Origin: Schmidtea polychroa
Lineage: Eukaryota
DNA: 64,000 nucleotides
Direction of reading: 5' to 3'
Assembly (NCBI GenBank): GCA_044892525.1
Contig: CM097885.1
Coordinates: 744,001-808,000, forward strand
Shown here: piece after piece, positions 35,274 through 49,100 of the stretch
How the letters are laid out: each line of letters starts with the position of its first letter
Numbering within the stretch: position 1 is the stretch's first letter
Position numbers and translations under genes: made by a program
The notes under the pieces: model-generated
What the model was told of the DNA's origin: nothing
Databases searched by the model: none
Seen by the model: only the letters and a program-made list of their open reading frames with translations

Positions 35274-35865
35274 CAATTAAATTTATGTGAATAATAAAAT
35301 ATATATTGTGAATTATTTGACTTCGTTAATTAAAATATGTTTTATCATTTAATAATTCATTTGTCCAATTAATTTAGATAATTAGTTTTAAGTAAGAATT
35401 ATTATTTATCATGAAAAACTTTGCTTTGTTTTGAAAAATTAATGCCCATTTTATTTTAAATTACCACAGCTTTATTTTATGATTATTACTAATTAAAATT
35501 TTATTCAAATTGAAATATTATTGTTACAATTTACACTCTTGTTAGAATATATTAAATGTAAATGTAAAATAATAACAATAAAAAAAAATAATAATAATAA
35601 TAAATAAATAAAAATTAAATTAAAAAAAAAATTAATTAAATAACGTAAGTAATTAAAATAAAATATTAATAAATAATTAATTAATTAAATGTAATAAATT
35701 GAAAATTAACTAAAGTAATTAATTAAAACAAAAAACATAATAAAATAATTAATTAATAAATTTAAAAAAAAAATTAAATAGAAGTAATTAAATAAATTTA
35801 AAAAAAAAAATAAATGGAAATGATTCTATTGACCTATATTTGATCTGGACATTGGGATATACTAC

Positions 35866-37388
35866 TAATTATAATCATAATTTTCTTTAATTTAACCCTT
35901 TATTTACTTAATTTAGCCCTTGTTTACCGAATATAGAAGTTTAAAATATAGACCATTGATTACTTTAATTTAAAAATGTATCCCTTAATTTACATAATTT
36001 CCATCTAAAATTATTTCAAAAAAATTTTTTTTCTAAAATTGTCATTGAAAAATATTTCATAAAAGTTTTCATTTAAAATTTTCATTGAAAAATATTTCAT
36101 AAAAATTTTTTTTAAAAATTATCTTAAAGATTATTCCATAAAAATTTCCATCTAAAATTACTTAAAAAATTATTTCATAAAAATTTTCATTAAAAAATTT
36201 CAATTCTCAAACACCTTCTATTATTTTGTTAATAAATTTAAAATCTTACTTTAATTTGCTTATTACATTACTTATTTAAAAATTATTACTTTAATTTACT
36301 TATTTAAAATATTTGACCATTGATTACTTAATTTAAAAATTTGGACCTTAATTAACTTTATTTTAATTTTTTAGAACCTTAATTTACTTTAATTTTAAAT
36401 TTTGACCCTTAATTAACTTTAATTCAAAATTTGGACCTTAATTTACTTTAATTGAAAATTTTAGACCATAATTTTCATGTAAAATTGTCATTGAAAAAAA
36501 TTTCATTTCTCAGGCGCCGTTTAGTAGGTGGTTAGGTGCCCGCTTCAAATGCATGCCTTTTTTTTTGCTGCAACATTTGATTGCGCAATTGTTGCAACTT
36601 GTTTTTTTTTCTATTGAAAATTCTAGAAAAAAAAATAATCGTAGCTTACTGTACAGCAAAAAAAATGAGTTGCAACAATTGCGTAATCAAAATTTGCAGC
36701 AAAAAAAAAGTTGCCGCAGACCCCTCCCCCCCTAAAATTTTCAATTAAGGTCTAAAATTTTCAATTAAGTAATTAAGGTCCAAATTTTTTTAATTACAGT
36801 AAATTATGGTTCTAAAAAATTAAATTACAGTAAACTATGGTCCAAATTTTACAATTACAGTAAATTATTGTATATATTTTTAAACTTCAGTAAATGAAGG
36901 TCTAAAATTTCAATTAAGTAAATTAAGGTCTAAAATTTTCAATTAAGTAAATTAAGGTCTAAAATTTTCAATTAAATTAAATTAGGTCTAAAATTTTCAA
37001 TTAAGTAAATTATGGTCTAAAATTTAAAAGTAAAGTAAATTATGGTATATATTTTTAAACTTAAGTAAATTAAAGTCTAAATTTCAATTAAGTAAAGTAA
37101 GGTAAAAAATTTTCAATTAAGGTCTTAAATTTTCAATTAAAGTAAATTAAGGTCCAAATTTTGAATTAAAGTTAATTAAGGGTCAAAATTTAAAATTAAA
37201 GTAAATAAAGGTTCTAAAAAATTAAATTAAAGTTAATTAAGGTCCAAATTTTTAAATTAAGTAATCAATGGTCAAATATTTTAAATAAGTAAATTAAAGT
37301 AATAATTTTTAAATAAGTAATGTAATAAGCAAATTAAAGTAAGATTTTAAATTTATTAACAAAATAATAGAAGGTGTTTGAGAATTGA
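35866..37388. repeat. Foldback-like arrangement: satellite arm, GC-richer core (36510-36733), inverted satellite arm
   Basis: 36201-36468 is the near-perfect reverse complement of 37121-37388. Confidence 0.75.
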
Positions 37389-38065
37389 GTCTGTATCACC
37401 TGTAACCATATTAATTTTATTAACAAATTGATAAGAATCAATGAATCTTAAGCTTATTTTGTCTAAATGCGCAATCAAAGAAATAAATTTTTCAGTTGTG
37501 ATTGGGATGCAACCTGGAGTTTGTTTAAACCATATTTAAGAATACGGTGCATATCGTATCTCTTCAAGTTGTGAAATACGATAGGCAAAATTTTATTTAT
37601 TTTCCTATTTATGTTGCATGTGCTACAAGCTGCACCCAAGTATTTCCCAGTAAAATGATCGTGATCTCTAACAGGATCGACGATACATTTCAAACAAAGG
37701 TAACAAACAGATGCACTAACAAATTGACGTTGTTCAATTTTTGTTAATTTCATCATAGGTTTGCTTCCCATTTTATAATAAAAAGGAAGAACCTTATTTA
37801 ATGCTATATCCTCTATAGCACTTAAAAATCTCTCGACGCAATCTAAACCTATGAACTGTTGATAAGATTTAGATCCATCAAAGTCATTTACATGTAAAAG
37901 ACCAGAAGATATTGGAATGTGTCGTTTGAAATGAACATTATCGGAAGGTAAAATAGCCTCAAAATCGGCATCAGCTACAAAAGGAGGAGTTACTGTTTTC
38001 GACCAGTCAGTAAACTGTAATAATTTATTTTGAGGGAAGGTGTAAAGAATTGTTCCTAACTGATT
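37389..38065 (-). pseudogene. Older Polinton pPolB fragment
   Basis: Copy of 3460-3990 (RDHDHFTGKYLGAACSTCN; FHNL), extended to the FIDSYQF motif. Confidence 0.85.
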
Positions 38066-39199
38066 TTTTATGTGTTTAGTTAATGTTTATATGTTTTGTT
38101 ATGTGTCTAGTTATTTTTATGTGTTTAGTTAATTTTTATGTGTTGTATAGTATTTGGTTGAAATAATAATATTATTATTAATCTATAAAAAAAAATTTCA
38201 TTAAAAAAATTTACTTAAAAAATTAATCCACTAAAATTTTCGTTGAAAATTATCCCAAAAAATTTTTATTAAAGATTTTCATTAAAAAATTTCAATTCTT
38301 AATTACTGACTATTATTCCAACTTTTTGTTAATAAATTTAAAAATCTTACTTTAATTTACTTATTACTTTAATTAAAAAATTTGAAACTTAATTTACTTA
38401 TTTCAGCCCACTGATTACCAAATATATCTATTAATTTACTTTAATTCAAAAATCTTAGCCCATAATTTACTATATTTCAATTTTTAGACCCTTAATTTAC
38501 TGTAATTCAATTTTTGAACCATCATTTACTTTAATTTTAAATTTAAGAACCATAATTTACTTTAGTTTAAAAATTTGAACCTTAATTAACTAATAAAAGT
38601 TAAATTATCATTTTCAATTAATATTTTACAAACATAAAATTACAATATTTGAAATTCTAAATATCTCTATTAACATGTTTGCAAAAATTATTTTTCAAGA
38701 CGTCTAAAAGCTCTAGGACAAGAAGAAAATATAGTTTAGAAAGGTAGTGAGTGAATTTCCTAATGAATTACAGAAGGGTATAGGACAAAGTTCCAGTTCT
38801 CTATTCTCAATTTATCATCAATCAGCAGCGACATTGACAAAGTTTTTCTTAAACAAGCTGCAAATTTATATATAAAATTACATAAAAATTGTTGATAAAT
38901 TGTTAAAGTTTTAATAATATATTTCGAATAATAAAAATTTCCCTTGATAAAATTCTGAATATGAAATAAATATTAAAAATTATATTAAAATTTAAAACTG
39001 TAAAAATTTTAAATTTTATTTATAAATTTCATTTTTAAATTGTTTTATTAATCAATTTATTAGAAAATAATCTTAATGAAGCATTTTAAGTATTATTTTA
39101 GTTTTAACTAATTTTTCTAAATTTTATTTAAATTTATTTTTGTAGTCGTTTATGATATGGAGGCCTTTAAGCAGTTAGTCTTAGTTAACGTAGCTCTCT

Positions 39200-40140
39200 T
39201 ACAAATTACCTTTTACCTTGACTGCATTGATGGAGGTGCTACTCGTCAAGAACCTACCTCATGCAGTTATCCATTTGTATGCCGAATGTCCTTTACCGTC
39301 GAACTTCCTGTGGCTTCGTCATAATCGTTCTTATTGGTCTAACAATGTACCGCACTACGTCGATCCCTCTTATAAGGTTTCTGAATTTCAACATTTTGCT
39401 CTTATCATAGCCCATTTTTGACTACTTTGGTGACAACATCAGAGTGCCTTCTTTTATTTTTTACCTTTTTAGGATCTGACCTTCACAGTGGATACATAAA
39501 GATTTTCAGCAAAAGCCTCAGCGATATGTAATTTCATTTATTTCCATTTTCAGCGTAGATTAGACTAGTAATGTCATGTAATTCTGAACACTTCTCATGC
39601 TTTCTTTCTTTATTTTCAATTTCTAGTTTATTATTTACATCCATCATTTTTATTTTTATTTTTATTCTGATATTGCATTTATTATTTCTATGTAGATAAT
39701 TTAATACCTAAATCGGTATTCCTTACTAAATCGAAAGGTTTAAGCGGTCCTTATACATGCATCCTACTGATCCCAGTTGGTGTATAAAATAAACTGTATT
39801 GATGAAGGTTCGAACCGTCATCGTTTTCTCTCTTGCAGCCAGTCATTTGTGTGGACCTTTTCTTTGTCTTTTTTGCCAGATCCTCTATCTCAGTGGTAGA
39901 TAGGCCAATAATCCTTAGTATTGTGTATATTTATCCCAATACCCTAAGGTACCTATTACAAGGACATGTAACGTGTGTGGTCGTTTATAGAGGTGTCCGA
40001 TTTCCACTTGTTGTTCCACCGATTGTTCCACTTTACCAACTGTGCTTTAACAGCTTCGTACTCGGCCAGTGAGCTTATCCTTTCATCCCTGCACTCTTCA
40101 ATTCGTCAATTCGCCTATCACGCTTCGCAAGTAGAACTTC
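39200..40140 (-). pseudogene. Degenerate R2-like fragments (thumb/linker region)
   Basis: Nucleotide similarity of 39755-39822 and 40070-40130 to 43237-43320 and 43520-43580. Confidence 0.55.
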
Positions 40141-41529
40141 TGCTACTTGTTTGAATCCTTTCTGTGCATTCGGACCCCAACGGCAACTACTTACTCTTGC
40201 CGCTAGTATCTTTTTAAGTGTCCCAGTTAAAACTGAGCACGGTCTTCCTCTATTTTTGAAGGCTTTCTTAAATCGTCATCCAAGCTAGTTCGCTGGTCAT
40301 GTTTTCGGTTATTGGGAGTCATTTCCTAATATTTTTGATTTCAAGCTTTGGCTGGGTGCTTTGTTTTGCCTGTGTTTTAATAGAATGGGAATAGGTACCT
40401 TTTAGGCGAAGTTCGGAAGTTTTTTGTAATTATTGGCGTGTTTACGAGGAGCAAATGTGGATTTTCTAAGGGATCTTTCTTTAAATTTTAAAATTAGAAA
40501 AAAGTCTTTGATGATATATAGGTTAGTAGGAATGTTTTTTATAATTTTATGGATATCTATAAAAAAACTTTTACTTAAGTTGTAGAGTTGACAATGGTTA
40601 GTAGGTTTGTAAAGTTTGGTATTATTAGGAAAAGGAGAAGGTATGGGTTCGCTAGAAGGGTTAGCGCTTTGACATTTTCTGGGAGTCGGCCGAAGGCCGA
40701 TGAGCTGTGATTGGATATTTCGGTTTCAGGGCTTACATTTGCTGTTTAATGTTGGTTTAAGTAAAAAGGAGTATTATTATCCATAGTGTCCGACGAAGCT
40801 TTAAGGACTGGAGTGATAGGAGTTGTAGCTGGACTCCTTCTCCTGGTAGTATTCCTTACTATATCTGCGTATGTTTTTGATGTAGCTTCTTTTGCATTCA
40901 TTTTGTTTTCGTCTAAGTACCTAATGATATAGATAAATATTGGAACTGGGGCATAATTTATTCATAATCCGAAGGCTTCAATGGTTATACGTCAGCTGCC
41001 TCCTGGCTTCTCTGATAAAATTCTCTTTTTCTCCTTGGAATTGCCGCCCATTTCTGCGCAGTGCTAGGAATCTTATATTGGAGTGATTCTCCGAAGCACT
41101 GGTAAACGGCGGGAGTTATAATGTACGATTGTTTTTGGAATCTTGCATGTAATATTTTTACGGAAAAGAGGTGCTAGGAAGTGATTCTCCTAAGCGCTGG
41201 GAAACGGCGGGAGTAATCTGGTAATAAATTGAGTTTCTGAATAACATTAAAGAAATATTTTCACGGTAAAAAAGGGGACCTCCATCCGGCATTTGATCAT
41301 CCTCCTGCAGCAGAATTATCTTTTTCATTTTCCTTAACTTTTAATTTTTCTATTTCTTTAACCTTTTTATAGAAAACTTTATTATCCTTTTCTATATTTG
41401 AAAATTTTACATTATTAAAAGCGAAAATATCATTAATACCGCAATTTTGATTATTAATTACCGTTATTTTAGCTTTCGGATAATTTTGAAATAATAAATA
41501 TGGCATTTTCATGCTTTTCCTTGTCATCG

Positions 41530-42500
41530 GGCGAGATTTTTTTCCAATCGGCCAGTGTTATTCCATCAAGTCCTGGAGCAGTGTTTTGGAGTTGTGAGAA
41601 GATTTATTATTTAGGATCTTCGTTATCTCCTCTTTAGGTTTTGTTTTATATTTGGATCTTTTTATACAAAGCAGTTCATTTTTAGTCCAGGTTTGTTTAT
41701 GGACAATGTCTGCTGATTTTTTAATTTTCTTTTTTTTCCATTTCATTAAGGGCTGTTTCACGGTCCATATTGTCGTTATTTAAATTAGTTATTAAACCTT
41801 TAATAAGTGGGAGGTATTTTTTAATATTATCGTCAGGTATTTTTTAGGTAAAATAGTTCTCCTCAACAGTTCTGATATTTTTTTGCATAATAGTAATTTT
41901 AGGAATGGTTAGTTTAGTATTCTTTATCAGGCATTGGATGAGGTGGCACACCAAAAAGGCAACTGGGATATTCATATTTTGTGAGTGTAATTGCGAGTGG
42001 TGAAACGATATTTTGCAGATCAAGAATGGTATTCAGTATGCTATTAGCGAGAGATAAGTGTATGGAGTGGCTATCGTCAAGTAAAGAATCTATTATAACA
42101 GCTAATTGTCTCCGCTTATCAAGATAAAAGAAAAACCAGTTGTCTTTGCCATTTGACATTGGCATAATAATTTCGTTCCACTCTGCGAAGTCTTTGAAGG
42201 GGAAGGAGGAGAAGAAGATTTTGTAATTATGCTGGATTAGAAAGTTATCAACATAAGGGTCAACAAAGATGGTCGATTTTTTCATGGCGAAAGAGTAAAC
42301 GAATGCCTTTATTGTGTCCTGGGACCATCAAGCTGATTCCTTATCCACGTTATTATAAGCAATCATTTGGTATTTCTCTACTATAGTTAACATCAAAACC
42401 ATTTAGACATTCTTCATCTGATGAAATTTGTTTCGCTTGCTTTGTGTTTCAAGGTTATCTGCAATCACCTCCTGTGTGTTTAATACATTATTCATAATAT
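41530..42500 (-). pseudogene. NeSL/R5-like retrotransposon fragment, subfamily B (Ulp1-like domain to RT start)
   Basis: WNEIIMPMSNGKDNWFFFYLD...AVIID; homologous to 46105..47148; frameshifted. Confidence 0.7.
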
Positions 42501-45348
42501 ATATATTGCCTAACCCTACGGCGAGGCATCCTAAATAACTACCAGATAAAGGGACTTTTATTCCCTACTACAAGAGACTTTTATTCCCTACAACAAGGGA
42601 CTTTTATTCCCTACTACAAGGGACTTTTATTCCCTACTACAAGGGACTTGGGATGTAGACCAGTCGTCCACCGTAAACACTACGTTAACCACTGGAACAA
42701 TCATGTGAGTCATATCAAATGTCTTAAGTGAATAAGGAAGTTTGGAATTAGAGTCGACACCACGCACTATATAGTCGCGAAGTCCAGCTAAGTGTTTTTA
42801 GGGATAAAATCATCACATCATGCTTGCCGAGATTGATTCTCAACAAGCTCTCAAAGGAGGGCATAGCCATAAGACCTCGCCAGTTTAGAGTGACTGCTCC
42901 AAAACCCACCTCATATGCTCCTTTATTTTTAATCCATTGTTTGACTTCATCCACTTGATACTTACCTGCATTCTCAGTATTTCTAGTATAAAGATTCTCG
43001 TTGTCGTTGATGATCTGGACGTCCAGAACCATCGCTTGGTTGTCTTTAAGAAGAATAAGATCCGGTTTGCGGTAGCTCTCCTTGTAGGGAGTAATCGGTT
43101 CTATTAATGCCTCCCACCCTTTGCTCCGTGCCGCAGACACTATATAATTAACTAACTTATTGTGCCTTTTTACTCTCAGACCATGCAAGCCTGGGCACTT
43201 CTGAGCAACCGACTTTACATATAAGAGGTCCTTTTGCATGCATTCTACTGATCCTAGTGGGTGTATACATTAAACTACCTCTCACTTTTACTGCATTGAT
43301 GAAAGTTCGACCAGTCATCAATTTCCCTCGTGCAGTTAACAATTTGTGTGCACACTGCACTTCTTTGGCTTCATAAAGCCCTTTACCGTCTAACTTACTA
43401 TAAAGAGTCATAGCAGTGGCTTCGTAGTATTGTTTCTTGGTGGCTATTGGCGTCTCTTGTAGGAACAACGATTTATTCCATTTTGCAAATTGTGACCTGA
43501 CCGCTTCGTTCTCGGCCAATAAGCTTATCTTCTCATCCCTGCACTCTTCAATACGTCTAAGCCTATCACGCTTCGCAAATGGTACCTCTGTCAACAGGGC
43601 TGGCACACCCAGCCCCCCATTTTTAATTTTACTATTTATAAATGATGAACAAGTATCGGTTGGCAGGTGTAACCATTTGCGAACCGCGCCTCTAGTCATT
43701 TTATCCAATACCCCTAATTCGGTGGTATCGGTTTCCCCCAGCACAGCCTCATGTAAGATACCTGGTATCAAAAAGTCACTAAGCACCTCTAACTTTTGTT
43801 GCGGCTTAATAGGTGCCCTCGTAATATACTCAAGACGCTTAGTATAAAGATTGGATAGCTTTTTAGTAGTGCGACCAAGGGCTCCAAATTGGATCCCAAA
43901 TTACTTATAGTAGTCGTCAGCTGACATGGCAGGGAACTCTTCCCCATCAGCACTTACCTTTTTGCTAGTAACCATCCATTTTTTCTGCTTACCGTCCCCT
44001 CGCGCTATAATGGAGGCACCTTAAAAGCAATTCGGGATAACCCGCTTATTTCGCCGCTCTCATGATACTATCATGATTCACAGAATCGAAGGCCTTTTTC
44101 ATATCGACAAAGGCAATTGCTACATTCCTAAATTTAGTTCGCGCATCAGAAAGGATGCAATCCAGCAAAGTGGTGTTTTCAAGGCACCCATCCACTGGCT
44201 AGCTTGAAGAGCGCAGCATGCGGTATAGTTCTCAAGGCCTTCGCGCTAATGCCGTCAGGACCACTAGCCGTTTTCAATTTCATCTTTTTCACAGCAGCTG
44301 CGATCTCCTCCAATGAGATGTGTGCAGCTACTGACTTATCCTCAGTTGTCCTCTGGACAGGCCGGGTATCGGGTTCAGACTCTTTTTCGAAAACCTGTTT
44401 CCAATAGTCCCCTCTACCCGGCATTGGATCATCCTCCAACAGCAGACTATCCAGCTTACCTTCAAGGATAGTGCTAGCGGCCGCACTTCGATCCTTCTGG
44501 AATAATCTCTGCAAATCCCCATAAATAGCTCTCTTCTTAGCTACCTTTATGTGCTTTTTAACCTTTGTACCATCCACGGGGACCTGGTACGTTTGGTTAA
44601 ACTTGTTTTTCCTCTTTTTGAGTTTTACTTGAAACTGCTTAGTTACTGATAAGCAATATTCATCAAGCAAAACTCGTTGAGAATTTTCATCTTCAGTAAG
44701 GATGATCCTATCCAGTTGGTCCTCATGCCAAATGCTATGACCCTTGCTTCGAGGGAATTTCCTTAAAATAGTCATGATGTCTGGAGATGGACTCGGGGCT
44801 TGTGGGTTCTCCATCGCCTGCTCCATGCCCATCCCCTTCATCTTGTCTTCTAACTCTTTAAACACTGCTTTATATTTATTACTATCTAAGTGTTTGCGAA
44901 TGGATTCCTTTGAACGTTTGAAGGCTGAACATCCAAGGTGAAGTATATCAAGAAGGTGAGATTGAGGTCTATAACGATTTTCAAGGTGAGTTTGAGCCAT
45001 GAGGAGCTCTTCTTCATTACTCCAGTAATAAGCAGGTTTATTGGAAAGTTTCCTCAAGATGGCCTCATCACGTTAGGTGCGATGGGATTTAGATATTTTA
45101 CTTGAAACTGCTTAGTTACTGATAAGCAATATTCATCAAGCAAAACTCGTTGAGAATTTTCATCTTCAGTAAGGATGATCCTATCCAGTTGGTCCTCATG
45201 CCAAATGCTATGACCCTTGCTTCGAGGGAATTTCCTTAAAATAGTCATGATGTCTGGAGATGGACTCGGGGCTTGTGGGTTCTCCATCGCCTGCTCCATG
45301 CCCATCCCCTTCATCTTGTCTTCTAACTCTTTAAACACTGCTTTATAT
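42501..45348 (-). mobile_element. R2 non-LTR retrotransposon, internally deleted copy 1 (Myb, partial RT, RLE, 3' UTR)
   Basis: WSNEEELLMA (Myb), ASGPDGI, DGCLEN...DMKKAFDSVNH, GGLGVP, RHNKLV...KPDLILL...LDVQI..KY; 3' UTR 23-bp repeats at 42549-42648. Confidence 0.88.
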
Positions 45349-46112
45349 TAAAAAAAAAAAAAAAAAAATCAAATTTTATTTTAATCAAAACGCGGGCCCC
45401 AAGGCCAGGAAGGGGAGATCGATTTTCACCCTTAAGAATTCTGCATCTTTTAATCAAATAATCGAAGGATATCAGAACGTGTTCATTTCGGTTATCATGT
45501 CATCAGGAGTAAGGATTTTTGGAGAGGCAGTGATGATCGGATTATCATTGTTGTCGAGGTCGGTATTGGAATTGAAGTTGATGAATTAGCATGGATATTT
45601 GATCTAGATGCTCAGTCGTAAGGGGTTCGGATAGGTCTTGATAGTTTGAGTTGATGGAGTTTATGAGTTCCGATATGGAAGTTGGATGGTCTTCATTAAG
45701 TTGATCATTTTCTTGGTTATTTTGGTGGATAAGTCTGGGTATTTGATTCAGATCTTCAGTAGCAAGGCGTTCGGAGAGGTCTGGATTTTGGTTAGTAGGA
45801 TCATCAGGAGGCTTTTATAGCTAGTCTCTGAGTATTGGAGGTCAGCCATTTGCAGGGAGGGCATGATCTAAATAAATAAGTTTCGGGGCAGGAAGGATCC
45901 CATGCGAAGTTTATAGCGAGAAATAAGTACTTATTATAATATATATTATAAGGAGTTAGTGAAGGTTGAGGTAAGTATATTAGTATTAATAGTTAATAGA
46001 GGTGTTGATTATAGTATCAATAGTATAATAATAATGATTATAGTATTAATAAAAACAACTAAAAAGACCACCAAATAGGCAGAACCCCTACAAGGATTCC
46101 TACATTAACCCA

Positions 46113-49100
46113 TTCGGGAACGAAAGGATTTCCAGCATATTGGTGATCTGGAATTACGAAGGATGTTGTTACATAAGGCAAGGATGAGCTCAAAGTTAGG
46201 AGATATCTTTCTCCAATCGCTTAGGGAGATTTTATCGGTACCAGGGGCAGTATTGTCGAGTTGGCAGAAGATACTTTTAATGTCATCAATGTCAAAGGGA
46301 ATGATGGTTAATGATTCAGAGAGTGCTGGGTACTGATAGTTAAGGTTAAATGTGCAATCGGAGGTTTTGCTAGCAAAAAGTTTTAAAATATGATCCATAT
46401 TTGGTGTATGTGTTTTCATTTGATTATTTAAGATTTTTGAAATTTCCTCTTTAGGAGCAAATTTATATTTTTGTCTCTTGGTAAATACCAGCTCTTTACT
46501 AACCTTATAATTTTTGTGAATAATGTCCGATGCTTTCTTTGTGATGTATTTATGAGGATTAATGCTTCCATTAATTCTCTCAATCTCACTTAAGGCAGCA
46601 TCGCATTCAATTAGATTGTTATTTAGATTAATAATTAGACAATTGATAAATGGTCGGAATTTCCGCACATCATCATTTGGCAATTTGCAATAATTATAAT
46701 TATTTATAGTAGTTTTAATATCATTAATCATATTAGTTACATTAGGGCAAGTTAATTTTTTACGTTTAATAAGGCATTCGATAAAGTGGCATATATAGAA
46801 AGCAGAGTCTGTAGGTACGAAGCAACGAGGGTATGCAGGATTTTGAAGTACAATTTGGACAGGGCTTACAATTTTTTGGAGATCAAGAATGGTTTCGAGG
46901 ATATTCTGAGCTAATAAGAGGTGAGTAGAGAGGCTATCGTCAAGAAGCGTGTCAATGAGTACAGCAAGTTTACGATGTTTGTCAAGTAGAAAGAAGAACC
47001 AGTTGTCTTTACCATCAGACATGGGCATGATAATCTCATTCCAGTGAGCAAATTCAGAGAAAGGAAAGGTGGCAAAGAAGGTTACATAGTTATGCTGAAT
47101 AAGTGCATTTCCTATGAATGGGTCTACAAAAATAGAAGAGTTTTTCAAGGCATTTGAAAAGATATATGCCTTGATTGCATGTTGTGACCATCATGTCGAC
47201 TCCTTCTCAACATTATTACCGAAGATAAGGGTATCAGGAAGGGGACGTTTGACAATTTCGCTTTCAGAGAAGGTAGCCTCAAATTCTTGCGACTCAAGAA
47301 TTGGGCGCAAGTTGTTCACATTTTCAAGGGGGCTATCCTGTATCTGGGAGATCACAAGCGGAGTGGGGATATTGCCTGGATACACATAAGGTTCTGGGTG
47401 ATATTCGAGGATATGTTGTCGAATAAGGTGATGGGAGATCCATGATCCACAGAAGCAGTATATTTCCTCGTCAGGGTAAAAGATAAGTTTTTTATGTTTG
47501 ACCTTTATGTGGTTAATAATGGTCATAAGGGGGGTGTCGATGTCAAAGATGGTTTTACATTTATTGCGATTTTTACTATAGTTGAAGCATATGAGGTTAT
47601 TGGAGGGTGAAATCCGGATTTCAGCGCGGCTCATATATTCCAGGTCGCATTGGTCTATGTGTTGAAAGTGGGTGATGTGATTATAAATTTGTTTGAAAGT
47701 TATTGGATTTGGCGCAAATTTATTCTCACCAGGAGTTCTACATTGAATGCAATCGATAAGAGTATTTTCGTCAATTTTTAATCTATGAAAGTCCCACGCG
47801 TGCTTAAAGATTTTTTTGCGATTATGGACAGAAACAGGACTGCAAAGTGTTGTCCTGCATTTGGACCTGCATTCGATTTTGCCCCTACCATTAAGTTTGA
47901 GAAGTATTTTGTTATCAAGTTCACTCTCATCTGCTGTTTTTGGGACGAAGGTATTGTGTGTGTGTTTGGCCAATGTTATGGGTGTGAGGTATTTAGGAGG
48001 TGGGGCAGGGATATTATTCGCAATCACTTGTATTTTTTTATTAAATACTTCCATTTGTGATTGTATTCTTAATGCCTTTTGGATTTCGTTGCATTCAGAT
48101 TCAGAAGGAGTAGGTGCGGTGACTTTAGGTGTACTGCTAAGCTCATTAGCGTTGGTAGTTTTAGATTGGATAAATTCAGGCGTATTATGAAGACAGGCAG
48201 TTGTCATAGGGTTGTCAGTGTTGTTGTTGGAAGAGGAAGAGGCTGTGGGCTGGAGAGGTGGTTCTTGGTCGATAGAGGCTACACTGCTGCTCGATAGATT
48301 CACATCATCTATGTCCGAGTTAAAAAGATCATTATTTGGCTGGGGATTTACAAGAGATTGAGAAGGGTTTTGAGGAGTTTGAGAATTAGACTCATCTATT
48401 GGAAGGGGGTCAATGGTGTCATCAAGGTCACAGCTGTAGTGTGAAGTGTCAAGAATGTATTCAGAGCAAGAGAGGACGAGGGGTTAGGAGAGAGATCAGA
48501 GTCATTGTCAATAGTATCCTTTAATGGAGAGCGTTTAACATGGGGAAGGGCAATGAGGGAATCATCAGTATTGTTCTCATAATTATTAATTTTATTTTTA
48601 TTTTTATAAATAGAGTAGAGGGTTGTGTATTTACCCTTACGTATGATTTTTTTAACCAAACAAGATTTTATTACTTTACTATTGTTATCGTTAAAAATTG
48701 GAGGAAGGTTTTTAAGATCCTTGGGCTTATGGATGAAATCATTCGGGATAGGCTCAGAATAATGACGTTTCAAGGAAGTTCCAAGGTTTTTATTAGAAAG
48801 AGTTTGAGGTATAGTGTAAGTATTTCGATTGTCAGGTACATAATTAGCCATATTCACAGGAGAAAGAAAGGTATCAGTTGTTTGTGAGTTTGGAGTTTGA
48901 TTATAAACTAAGTTGTTTAAGGTAGGTTCAGAACTAACGAGCTTTTCGCTGAAGGTGACAGTCTTTGAAGAGGCGAGTCGGCCGCAGGCCGGCGAGCTGC
49001 GTGTTTTCTCATGTTCCGAAGGAACACGAGAAAAATTTTTTTGAGAAAGAGTGTGGTTAAATAAGTGATATTTAAACAAAGAAAAGTCTTTATTTAAAAT

